Source: Verrucomicrobiales bacterium (GTDB lineage Bacteria; Verrucomicrobiota; Verrucomicrobiia; Verrucomicrobiales; V1-33). From it: DNA of 64,000 nucleotides. Position numbers and translations under genes: made by a program. Location of the stretch: the NCBI GenBank assembly GCA_031411295.1, contig JANOAV010000059.1, positions 1 to 64,000 of the forward strand, given 5' to 3'. Position 1 is the stretch's first letter. Each line of letters starts with the position of its first letter. Under the pieces are notes generated by a model. That model made no database searches, had not been told where the DNA came from, and was given only the letters and a program-made list of their open reading frames with translations. Below, piece after piece: positions 50,301-56,458 of this stretch.

Positions 50301-51893
50301 AACACCATCACTCCGATCACCCTGACTGGTGTTTCCCGAGGACCGGTTAGCGAAAATGCCCAAACGCTGACGATCACTGTGGTTTCTGACAACACGGCAG
50401 TGGTGCCAAACTCAGTCGTGAGTTACACCACCGGCACCACAGCCATGCTGAATCTGGCCCCTGTGGCCGGAGCCACGGGCACAGCGGTCCTCACGGTGAC
50501 TGCGATGGACAATGGCGGAACAACTAGCGGCGGCATCGATACGGTCGTCCGCACCTTCACGGTAAACGTGATCACGCAAAGCTACAGCGCATGGCAAGCT
50601 GCCAATTTCACACCAAGTGAAATTGCGGATCCTACCATCTCCGGCCCCGCAGCCAATCCTGATGGTGACGCCCGCAACAACGCCTTCGAATACGCTCTGG
50701 GCAGCCAGCCAAAAGCCTTCGATGCCACGCCAGTGATCCGCCAATCCCTCGTGGGAACCGGCACTCCTGTGCTGCGCATTGCGCAGGGCCCGGGTGATGC
50801 TGATCTGAGCTTGGAAACGAGCGCCAGTGCTAGCAGTGGTTTCACGACCACCGCTTGGACCGCAGAAAATACCACGGACCGCATGGTGACAGACACCGAC
50901 GCGACCGTCACTGCTCCGCGCTATGCTCGGGCCAAGGTGCTGCTCGCAGGGGAAACGACTCCGCTCTATAGCGAAGTTTACAGCACCCGCGCCATTACCG
51001 CAGCTCCAGCGGTCAGCACGTTTGCCAGCGCTCCGCTGCGTGAACCACGCCTCGCTCAAGTGACGGTGAGTGCCCTGGGTGCTTACACCCTGACACCATA
51101 CGCCAATGTCTGGCCCAGCGATCTTCTCGCAGCCGGCCCATGCTACGTGATGCTCACCAGCGGCACCAACGCCGGAGTTACCTCTGACATCGTTTCCTTC
51201 ACTGCTGGTGTGCTGACCCTGTCGGATGATCTGACTGGCATTGCGATCGCTGGAGATGGTGTCGAAGTTCGTCGTCACCACACGCTGACAGGCTTGTTTG
51301 ATCGCGCGAATGCAGGAAACCTCACTCCTGGACTCAACTCCAGCGTGGCGGATCTCCTGCAGTTAGTGCAACCCAACGGCACCACGGAAACGTTCTTCCG
51401 CTTCACCACGGGATTGGCTTGGATGGACAATAATTTCGCAGCCTCTGCGCAGCGCGTTATTAATCCGGAACAGGCGTTCGTCATCCGCAACCAAAGCGCC
51501 ACCGCTCTCACGCTCTTCCAGCAAGGCGTTGTGCTTGCCGGTGTGAACAGCACTCCAGGCAGCGGACCTGCTACGATTGTTCCAGTGGAAACCGGAACCA
51601 ATCTGGTGACCTCACCAGCGGATCGCAGCGTGACCATCGCCCAGCTTGGCCTCTACACCGGCAATCCTGCCACGGGAGTCGCCAGCGGAGTGAACGCCAG
51701 CAGCGCAGACCGCCTGGTCATCCCACAACCAAACGGCACCATGAAGACCTACTATTATTTTAGTAATGGCACCGTCTCCATGTGGGTTGACTCCTCCAGT
51801 CGCCCTGCCGGAACCATCAGCCTGCCACCCGGCACGCCGTTCTACATCGTGCGCAAAGCACCACGCGCAGCCTTCCCATGGGCCCTGCCATAA
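41337..51893 (+). CDS. Giant (~3,500 aa) secreted modular protein: cadherin-like x3, Ig x3, phytase-like esterase, Ig/ASH-like, Calx-beta x2, PhoX-like x2, Ig-like, TIGR02597-like C-terminus
   Basis: SSNANL..L..S.G.L.P.F repeats; ITTQP...LQWY Ig repeats; LPDRGYN/DSEG/DEYG/NQGMEG/NDNDF (phytase-like); SEDAG...TAISGTDY (Calx-beta); two RFCSADL/WEN/RPEDG/DN/QED/EE.SG domains. The start could alternatively be 41259. Confidence 0.85.
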   Translation: MLKNLLQLRHWISREASSLVSGVLNCLPKPRVAVACAAALTATTAYSAPPVPVSYSIAGANYTQDFNTLVYTSGTAVNGGATATIGNAAGNPTTATAFNVTAYGADAPWLISDTTIGAGGKAFGSGLAGWYGSGSVKSQIAANEGSQSTGGLVSYGGLTSSNRSLGLLCSSSIGNAVFGLALKNDTGITLTRINLAYTAQMWRQGTLNKSLTFGYLIDNTAAASLPKAAATADTQAVGTTAVSALNGTGFALAGTTVAVNGNLPANQQAKSVVNLTIPNWAPNGILWLTWDMLVGGNGHGLSIDDLTFSATEVSSNANLASLVPSSGTLSPAFDAATTTYTANVANSVTSITMTPTTANAGATVQVRVNAGSFATVTSGSASGPLALIAGSNTVDVKVTAQDTTTVKTYTTTVTRALSSNANLNSLTLSTGALAPVFDSATTSYTTNVGNAISTLTVTPTVADNTATVQVRVNGGAYTTTTSGSPTAALSLSVGANPIDIKVIAQDASEKVYTATITRQASSDVDLANLVVSAGAIVPTFDAGTLAYSLAVPNTVTSTTVTPTSTSGTSTITVNGNTVTSGSASAPISLSIGTNTITVVVTAQDMITTRTTNVTIDVFVPAAITTQPVNQTIATGNTATLTAVVIGTPIPTLQWYEGTSGDTSAPILGANSNSYTTPVLTASTNYWLRASNVGGSVDSSTAAVNVTFPPSFTTQPASTTIVTGNSTTLTVVATGNPTPTLQWYRGAKGVTTDPVVGETSSSLNTGVLTTTTRYWAQATNSQGTADSNAATVNVTAPAAIVTQPADTTFVTGARVGLRVVASGAPNPTFQWYEGLTGDITKPINPSGTSAVLNTVPLTASASYWVRVTNSTGTVDSVTATVTPVPVPDYNSTSRDITVANTGTWNPAGVTVGTTQFVNLGLQGVGRLPATAIDPATGESLGSVSDMQITGFAKNADGSYTGSLQTLPDRGYNAGTVFSNYAARINAFNFTFTPYTASAPTTAQNQIALTFAGSTRFTYDNDANAATPAVFTTGLLASGNTSLFGTQVPAIVDPSTQSDGTVTNRLTLDSEGLVLDRRPGKAGSGWLGDEYGGYIYHFNSAKQIDGQLQLPQSLVPHALVDPLDPLNTATAINFKADPPLNGRRINQGMEGLTQSPDGTKLFGLLQSATIQDSGPGNLGRVNTRLVVYNVGSSDLPNTPVEQYVIQLPRIDTDVVAGVDRVGAQSSILALNNHQILILSRDGNGRGSAGSPVFKSILLAELDGATNIGASYDNEGDKISPAGTLLPAITPVSWKEALNLIGKLDLNISEVAKFGFNFNADAASDINSICEKWESLALVPANDPANPNDYFLFVGNDNDFLTGTVDPLDTAHKGKYLDSAGVIQSYGVGLENDTIVLAYRVRIIAPEVGAPVVATTFQETAVQLTLVGNSGDTFSIISPPAASQGTLSSVTGVKVTFTPATTFLGSVTFTYQSTDGINSLLHNATVTVNLAPDLTVYNGATVASPVIADGSSTPVNFAEITSAVTTVKTFTIQNTGSVDITGIAASILGDADYSITTPPAASLIPGATTTVVVTFTPSTPGAKTATLNIANSLTNAKNPYSFDLTGTAVEASTFHLDLATATISEDAGTVPVTVIRDGNTATPVSVFLATTNGTAISGTDYTAVNETVTFTSGETSKVVNVALTNRPGVRADRTFTATLTAAAAVAAGHALVSPTVETITITESETALAFGAATASVREDAGKVVLTVNRTGVTSSAVSAEVSTTNGTAISGTDYTGVSSVLVSFAANQTSKTINVPVINRAGYRPSRTFTASMANLIGAITATPSTQAVSITEADSAARLTGPSSSATPYLVPLQSGYQITSVLSVGDAVPLAGSTTGETYQMVGIPDGLGAYDNGDGTVTLLMHHELGSTLGAVRAHGAVGAFISEWIIDKSTLQVSSGSDLMKQIYGWNTTTQSSNSTTSTVAFTRFCSADLPAPTALYNPGTGKGSQVRILLGGEEGGATGYAVAHVASGPDKGKSYILGKFNLATNGSGINAVGAWENLMANPFPQDKTIVMGNNDGGTGIMAGTVNAYVGTKTLTGTEADKAGLTNGLLKFVSVAGNPLEIPPTNATTRVTNITSGTRFSLSSASGTVFSRPEDGAWNPVNPAQYYFVTTDRLDNVMDGLGTQVGRTRLWRLTFDDITNPDAGGVIEKLVEGGAGNDAIMFDNLCVTDDGKLMLQEDVGGAAHNGKIWFYDPATNNLQKVIGHDVSRFGNVVGGVVTPATAPFNNDEESSGIIDITSLMGGNAALGDRSYFTVDQAHYSIPGALVEGGQLLMIRQLAATQLAGSSASPYVQPVDPTIQTRSLLTVGDAVPLTGTTTGETYQMSGIPDGLGAYDNGNGTFTLLMNHELGSTVGVTRAHGAIGAFISEWVIDKSTLAVQSGSDLIKQVYGWNSTTQASDAAPGTYVLNRFCSADLPPTTAYYNATSGLGTQDRIYMAGEEGGSNGWAFANVASGPDKGKSYILGKFNLTTNGSATSVMAPVQATVSLASLTSPSVTLASVPVALAPGAQMLGATVLVINPTTKVVTLSGNANAAISTDTLVSYTLSGVGAWENLLANPHAQDLTVVAGCNDGGTGIMNGAITIYQGTKTNTGNAADKAGLNNGSLKFVKVTGIAAEIPTANATTRNTDITSGTRFTLETNVSTAFSRPEDGSWNPMNDREFFFVTTDRIDTVNDGVGTQVGRTRLWKLTFDDITNPDLGGTVDLILTGGVGNDAVMWDNMTITTDGKFLLQEDVGGAARNGKIWFYDPTTAVLKKLAKHDAARFGDIVGGVVVPATLPYNNDEETSGIIEVSSLLGAAPGERLYLFVDQAHYTTGIAPNLVEGGQLLFMRQQPLNTAVAPVATFASAVTIEESTTPVEVTLNATDANGDALTFSIVTPPSALQGTIGPVVGNKVMFTPTPNFSGVAEFTFKANDGALDSNLGTAFVAVLDINDTPTLDVIADVTVPKNTITPITLTGVSRGPVSENAQTLTITVVSDNTAVVPNSVVSYTTGTTAMLNLAPVAGATGTAVLTVTAMDNGGTTSGGIDTVVRTFTVNVITQSYSAWQAANFTPSEIADPTISGPAANPDGDARNNAFEYALGSQPKAFDATPVIRQSLVGTGTPVLRIAQGPGDADLSLETSASASSGFTTTAWTAENTTDRMVTDTDATVTAPRYARAKVLLAGETTPLYSEVYSTRAITAAPAVSTFASAPLREPRLAQVTVSALGAYTLTPYANVWPSDLLAAGPCYVMLTSGTNAGVTSDIVSFTAGVLTLSDDLTGIAIAGDGVEVRRHHTLTGLFDRANAGNLTPGLNSSVADLLQLVQPNGTTETFFRFTTGLAWMDNNFAASAQRVINPEQAFVIRNQSATALTLFQQGVVLAGVNSTPGSGPATIVPVETGTNLVTSPADRSVTIAQLGLYTGNPATGVASGVNASSADRLVIPQPNGTMKTYYYFSNGTVSMWVDSSSRPAGTISLPPGTPFYIVRKAPRAAFPWALP
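46848..49952 (+). repeat. Intragenic tandem duplication of the PhoX-like domain (about 46848-48290 and 48306-49952)
   Basis: Near-identical peptide blocks in both copies, e.g. VGDAVPL.G.TTGETYQM.GIPDGLGAYDNG, GPDKGKSYILGKFNL, GTQVGRTRLW.LTFDDITNPD and LQEDVGGAA.NGKIWFYDP. Confidence 0.92.
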
Positions 51894-51931
51894 TCTGAAT
51901 TCAATTACGAAACTCAAAACATAACGAAACG

Positions 51932-52558
51932 ATGAAACCATCATTGACTACCGTTCTAACAGCCCTGGCGTTCTCCGCCCTGGCTTCCACGGCCTCCGCC
52001 ATCCTGACCGTCACCACGAGTGCCGGCATCGGGGAACCTCATTTCATCTCCATCAATGGCGTCACGCCATTGGCGGATGGTATGAGTTATCAGTTGGGAA
52101 CCTTCCCTAGCGGGACGGATCTCAGCCAAGCCACTGGGTCTCCGGCTGCTCTCTACAGCAGCTTCCAGAAATTCGCCACGGATACCGTTTACACGCATCC
52201 CATCAGCCTGGAAGCAGGCGCTGCGGGCAATGACGTCTATGGTCTGGACACCTTCTCCATGCAGCCAGCCTACTGGTGGGTGTTCCAAACTACCGATGGC
52301 CTGGTGCCAGCCGGAGACTTCTCCAACGTCAGTGGCCAAGCGCTGTTCACCGGATCTTCTGGCAGTTGGAGTTTCCCAACTGTCGGCTCCGTGGCCGCTC
52401 CTCCATTGTTCTCCACCGGGGACACGATCACGCTCTCAGCAGGCAGCGTGGCCAGTGGAAACATCCAACTAGCCGCCGTCCCAGAACCCGCCATCAGCGG
52501 ACTGACCCTGCTAGCCGGAGCCATCCTCCTCCGTCGCAAACGGAGCATCCCATCGTAA
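51932..52558 (+). CDS. PEP-CTERM sorting-domain protein
   Basis: Signal peptide; C-terminal VPEP, hydrophobic helix and RRKR. Confidence 0.92.
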   Translation: MKPSLTTVLTALAFSALASTASAILTVTTSAGIGEPHFISINGVTPLADGMSYQLGTFPSGTDLSQATGSPAALYSSFQKFATDTVYTHPISLEAGAAGNDVYGLDTFSMQPAYWWVFQTTDGLVPAGDFSNVSGQALFTGSSGSWSFPTVGSVAAPPLFSTGDTITLSAGSVASGNIQLAAVPEPAISGLTLLAGAILLRRKRSIPS

Positions 52559-52578
52559 GACAGCAGTGATAACCACGC

Positions 52579-52617
52579 AGACGCCAGCGGAGCCATCCGC
52601 TGGCGTCTTTGCGTTTT
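52579..52617 (+). terminator. Intrinsic terminator after the giant gene/PEP-CTERM pair
   Basis: AGACGCCAGCGGA-GCCA-TCCGCTGGCGTCT 13-bp stem followed by TTGCGTTTT. Confidence 0.8.
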
Positions 52618-52706
52618 GGTGGGTTAACGAAGGGAAATCACAAAGCCACTTTAGGCCGGCTAGGCCTGAATTTTGCATCGCGATCAATGCACACGAGCAA
52701 TGGATC

Positions 52707-52911
52707 CGACCGCGTTAGCGGTCAAGGACGGTAGCCGTGGGCTTCAGCCCACGGACCGTCATCAAGATAACGTGCCGCCTTAGCGACACCGGAACTCACC
52801 ACGCACCGCTTTCCCTGTTGAGTTCCAGTGTCGCTGACGCGACACGATTGGCGGTGGGCTTTTTCCGTGGGTTAAAACCCACGGCTACCATGCGTGACCG
52901 CTACGCGGTCG
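52707..52911. repeat. REPIN-like element: inverted pair of GTAG-type REP palindromes forming a ~205-bp nested hairpin
   Basis: Left arm CGACCGCGTTAGCGGTCA-5-GGTAGCCGTGGGCTTCAGCCCACGGA matches the reverse complement of 52864-52911; inner inverted repeat at 52771-52798 and 52819-52846. Confidence 0.85.
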
Positions 52912-52943
52912 AATGGTTGCCCCGTCGCGGGGACCCGCTGTGA

Positions 52944-53396
52944 TTAGCCAAAAATGTATCGCTCCTCCACTTCGAATTCATGCACGTGCAGAAAACCTCG
53001 ATATTCATCCTCGAAACTTTTCTTGGCGTGGTGCGTGCGCTGGCGTTGGATGTAGGAAATCGTATCAGCAATCTGAGACTGACCAACCGTAAAAGCCCCA
53101 TAGCCATCCTGCCAAGCAAATTTATGAAGCTGTGGAAATGTTGCGGAGATCCATTTGGAGGATTCGCCTTTGATTCGCTTTACTGCATCGCTAAGCGCTA
53201 CGGTCGGAGGGAAACCAAGCAGGATATGGACGTGGTCATCCACTCCTCCAATCTGTAGCGCCTTCATGTTATGACTGCGACAGATCCCACCGATGTAACG
53301 CCAAATTTGTTCCTCAATCTCCGCCGAGATCCAAGCTGTGCGATTCTTGGTGGAGAAGACAATATGCGCGTGCAAAGAAGTAAAGGTGCTAGCCAT
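52944..53396 (-). mobile_element. tnpA: IS200/IS605-like Y1 HUH transposase, probably REP-associated (RAYT)
   Basis: HIVFSTKNR, DHVHIL (HUH), KGESSKW, FAWQDGYGAF and YIQRQ (catalytic Tyr); adjacent REP doublet; no tnpB. Confidence 0.88.
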
Positions 53397-53502
53397 AGTT
53401 CGAGATGCTTAGCGATTTCCATCTAATTTGCCAGTGCTTCTTGAGGACGGCGGGAATCATATTTAAGTTGGCTCTCCGTGATACCCCACGCAGAAGGGAT
53501 TT

Positions 53503-53519
53503 GACCGCGGTAGCGGTCA
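53503..53519. repeat. Single copy of the short REP-associated hairpin on the other side of tnpA
   Basis: GACCGCGGTAGCGGTCA, compared with GACCGCGTTAGCGGTCA at 52708-52724. Confidence 0.7.
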
Positions 53520-53592
53520 CTCTCCCTGGCTATCCTAAGTTGTCCTTAGTTGTCCCCGGCATTTGAAGCCGCTTTAGATCGAAACCCCAACC

Positions 53593-54165
53593 TCACACTC
53601 GCAACACCCCCCGGAATCCCCGGGCGCTGTAATATGATTGCGCCCCGTTGTGATAAACGAAGACATGGCCGAAGCGTCGATCACAAAAGAGTGCTCCGCC
53701 GAGCTTTCGAATGTCCGCTGGGGTAGCAATCCAACTGGACGTCTTCAAATCAAAACTGCCCAGCTTTTGCAAATCGCGGTATTGTTCCTCGGTCAAAATT
53801 TCCACCCCCATGGCTGCGGCCATGTCCATGGCGTTGTTGGCGGGTTTGTGTTCCTTGCGCGAATCCAATCCCTCGCGATCAAAACAAACGGACACCCGAC
53901 CTTTGGGGCTTTCTGGGGAGCAATCGAAGAAAATGTATTCGCCAGTCTTTTTATCGTGTCCCACCACATCCGGCTCCCCGCCAGTGCGCTCCATCTCGTG
54001 AAGCGACCAGAGCTTGTCGGGACTTGCTTCCAGCTTCTCGTGCAGGTTGGCCCATTCAATGCCTTTGTGGCGATTTAGGTTTTTCTCGAAACGAGTCCGA
54101 AGCGTGGTGAGGAGCGTTTCGCGTTGATCGGGGGATAACTTGTTTGTGGGTTTGGCCTCTCTCAT
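53593..54165 (-). CDS. DUF4256 domain protein
   Basis: RFEKNLNRH, LWSLHEMERTGGEPDVV, FDLKTSSW and HNGAQSYYSARGFRG recognised from memory. Confidence 0.85.
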   Translation of the reverse strand: MREAKPTNKLSPDQRETLLTTLRTRFEKNLNRHKGIEWANLHEKLEASPDKLWSLHEMERTGGEPDVVGHDKKTGEYIFFDCSPESPKGRVSVCFDREGLDSRKEHKPANNAMDMAAAMGVEILTEEQYRDLQKLGSFDLKTSSWIATPADIRKLGGALFCDRRFGHVFVYHNGAQSYYSARGFRGVLRV

Positions 54166-54213
54166 TTTATGTGCTTTGGTGAAATGTGATATTGATCCAA
54201 GGACTCGTTCTGC

Positions 54214-54423
54214 CTAGCGTTCCTTCTTGGCGAAAATCCTTCCCAGCAAATGGCCTTTCCACATCAATAAACCGGAAAGGAACAGGACGGGAACAATGAC
54301 AAAGCGGAACATTGGGGCATATTGTTGGACTTCTTCCTGCGGACCGTAGATGAACCCGAGAATGGGTAGGCCGAAGAGGATGTGAATCCAGCGGAGAATG
54401 GAGCGTTTGGTGGAGTGGTTCAT
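54214..54423 (-). CDS. Small two-helix membrane protein
   Basis: RSILRWIHIL...; two hydrophobic segments; co-oriented within the ArsR cluster. Confidence 0.7.
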   Translation of the reverse strand: MNHSTKRSILRWIHILFGLPILGFIYGPQEEVQQYAPMFRFVIVPVLFLSGLLMWKGHLLGRIFAKKER

Positions 54424-54485
54424 ATTTTTAAGGATGAAGTTGATGTTTTGTTAGTTTGGTGAAACGTGTTTGGCTAGACATCGGA

Positions 54486-54926
54486 TCAAGGGGTGGTCAG
54501 CACCACCGCCAAGCCTTCCAGTAGCCCCTTCCAGCCAGCCTCTGCGTTCTTGGCAATCCAAGCGAGTGCTGGTGGGCATTCTTGGACTACGGTTAGTTCA
54601 CAACCGGTCTCTGTAGAAGCAATGGTAACGACTACCCGCTGGGTCTCGTTGGTATATTTGGGAACACCGAATTTGAAAACGATTTTGCTAGGGAAATCGA
54701 GTTCCAGATACTCGCCCACATGCTCGACTTCCTCTCCGCCACGTAATTCTGTGAAAGTAAATTTCCCTCCAACCCGTGGATCCGTCTCCGCTTTTACCAT
54801 TGTGCCCAGAGGCGTGGCGAAGAGCCATTTACCTGCGATGGAGGCATCCATCCATGCATTGTAAACCCGCTCTGCGGGAAATGGCATTTGGCGCTGCACC
54901 GTGATTAGGGTTGGTTTTTCGCTCAT
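54486..54926 (-). CDS. SRPBCC/AHSA1 (START-like) domain protein
   Basis: PAERVYNAW, DPRVGGKF, GEYLELDFPSKIVF and GWKGLL motifs. Confidence 0.88.
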   Translation of the reverse strand: MSEKPTLITVQRQMPFPAERVYNAWMDASIAGKWLFATPLGTMVKAETDPRVGGKFTFTELRGGEEVEHVGEYLELDFPSKIVFKFGVPKYTNETQRVVVTIASTETGCELTVVQECPPALAWIAKNAEAGWKGLLEGLAVVLTTP

Positions 54927-55285
54927 GACTTGACTGATTTACGACTGGTTAAAGATTTGGTTGAATTTGCTAGGGAAGCTTTGGCGTCCTGCGTGTGAAG
55001 TTCCCGCTCCAGCGCGTCCAGCCTGCTTTCCCAGACTTGTCGCGTGCGGGCGGCCCAGAGTTCGATGTCCCGGAGGCCGTTGGCCTCCAACGTATGAATT
55101 CGGTGCTGGCCCTGCGTTCTCACGCGAACCAAGCCTGCCTGACGCAACACTTTTAGATGCTGGGAAATAGCAGCTCCCGTCATTTTAAAAGCCGCTACAA
55201 TCTCGCCCGCAGAATGCTCGGCCACCGCCAGCATCTCGATGATGCGGCGGCGTGTAGGGTCGGCAATGGCGGCAATGGCTTGCAT
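54923..55285 (-). CDS. ArsR/SmtB-family transcriptional regulator
   Basis: AIADPTRRRIIEML...AISQHLKVLRQAGLV...WESRLDALE; overlaps the SRPBCC start. Confidence 0.9.
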   Translation of the reverse strand: MQAIAAIADPTRRRIIEMLAVAEHSAGEIVAAFKMTGAAISQHLKVLRQAGLVRVRTQGQHRIHTLEANGLRDIELWAARTRQVWESRLDALERELHTQDAKASLANSTKSLTSRKSVKS

Positions 55286-55309
55286 TAGCCCGAAATAAGG
55301 GTGATCTGT

Positions 55310-55329
55310 ATTTAAGTCAACACTTAAAT
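55310..55329. promoter_or_regulatory. Probable ArsR operator (8-4-8 palindrome)
   Basis: ATTTAAGT-CAAC-ACTTAAAT, about 25 nt upstream of the arsR-like start and overlapping a TTGACT -35-like hexamer on the minus strand. Confidence 0.7.
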
Positions 55330-55871
55330 GTTTGAAGGAAAGCAACGAGATCCTGAACGACCACGTCCAGCGTTGTTACCTGATCGAAGCTCATAAAATT
55401 GTCACAGTGGCTCAGCAGGAACGTTCGATGTGTTGCTAGATTTCGTCCGCTCCCTGTCCTCTCTGCATAAGCTGCCGCCCACTCCATAAAGGATTCGTGC
55501 TCGTCGTGCATATCACCACCGGCATCAATCCTATTTCCAAAACGATGTCTCTGCCGCGTGATCAGTCGTTCCAAGCGCGCCCGCTGTGGCACATCCAACA
55601 AGACTCCGTGGGTCGCTCGAAATGAAGGTAACTCCCACGTCGCAATGGATCCGCTGATAATCCAGTTGGTCTCTTTCGCTAGAGCTGAAACCAACAAGGT
55701 GCGTCTTTCATCAGGCGAATGCGGTTCCTGAAATGGAGGTTCGCTCGGCTTGTGGAAGAAAGCGTCGGAGTCGAACATAGGAATTTCCAACAACTGGCTG
55801 ATCACTTTAGCAGTGGACGTGCAGCCGGCACCAGGACCGCCAGAGATAAGAAGTCGAATGGGTGGGATCAT
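55317..55871 (-). CDS. P-loop nucleoside-monophosphate-kinase-like protein
   Basis: LLISGGPGAGCTST P-loop, FDSDAFF, WIISGS and RLERLITRQ motifs. Confidence 0.75.
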   Translation of the reverse strand: MIPPIRLLISGGPGAGCTSTAKVISQLLEIPMFDSDAFFHKPSEPPFQEPHSPDERRTLLVSALAKETNWIISGSIATWELPSFRATHGVLLDVPQRARLERLITRQRHRFGNRIDAGGDMHDEHESFMEWAAAYAERTGSGRNLATHRTFLLSHCDNFMSFDQVTTLDVVVQDLVAFLQTFKC

Positions 55872-55878
55872 TGAAAAG

Positions 55879-56286
55879 CTACTTCGCACGCATCCGATTA
55901 TTCTTCGGATTGTGTTCCAGTTCGCACAAACCCAGCGCTTCCATTAGTGGCGGCACATAAACTCCGAAGCGACCGCGGAGGCCTTTCTTGAGCCCATACC
56001 AACCGCCAACGGGGTTACTTGGCGAACGCCCCCAAGCCTCGACCGTGCCTTCCTTGGCTGGCTTCTGTTCGTCGGCACCGCCCAGATCCATCCAATCACC
56101 ATGCGCTTTGAGCATGGCATGCAGATCGGCAATGCAACGGGAGTCATAGTGCAGCACGGTCTTGCCCACGGTGCAGACCAAGATGGCAACGCCATCTTTG
56201 GTATCTGCGTGCATGGTAAACTCCGCAGTGTCGGGAGGTGTCTTGAGGGCGAGTGGGCTGTCCTTGGTTTTGGTAAATGTAGCCAT
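55879..56286 (-). CDS. Conserved hypothetical protein (possibly DUF6855)
   Basis: LKTPP, GTVEAWGRSPSNPVGGWYGLKKGLRGRF and HNPKNNRMRA. The family name is recalled, not verified. Confidence 0.65.
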   Translation of the reverse strand: MATFTKTKDSPLALKTPPDTAEFTMHADTKDGVAILVCTVGKTVLHYDSRCIADLHAMLKAHGDWMDLGGADEQKPAKEGTVEAWGRSPSNPVGGWYGLKKGLRGRFGVYVPPLMEALGLCELEHNPKNNRMRAK

Positions 56287-56458
56287 GAGTTTGCGAGTTG
56301 TTGACTTGAGCTGAAACGACGAAAGTATTACCAGCGCGGCTGACCCGAGTCAATAATTTCGCAAAGGTGTTCGGTTGCCCCATATTTCCAATCACTCTGC
56401 ATCAATCTTGTCACGTAGTTCCGGTTAACAAGCTGGAGCGGAGCGTTTCCGTTGCTTG

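Noticed and set aside
52707..52911. CRISPR array or tRNA-like structure
   Set aside because: The repeats are inverted rather than direct with spacers, there are no cas genes, and a REPIN explains them better.
53593..54165. DUF4256 C-terminus (SYYSARGFR) resembles C-type-lectin/FGE-like ends of diversity-generating retroelement targets
   Set aside because: There is no reverse transcriptase and no template-repeat copy in the window, and the FGE catalytic cysteine motif is not evident, so it is not called a maturase.
55317..55871. P-loop lacking the lysine (GAGCTS)
   Set aside because: As I recall, related kinase-like proteins often have non-Lys residues here; this is not enough to call it inactive or novel.
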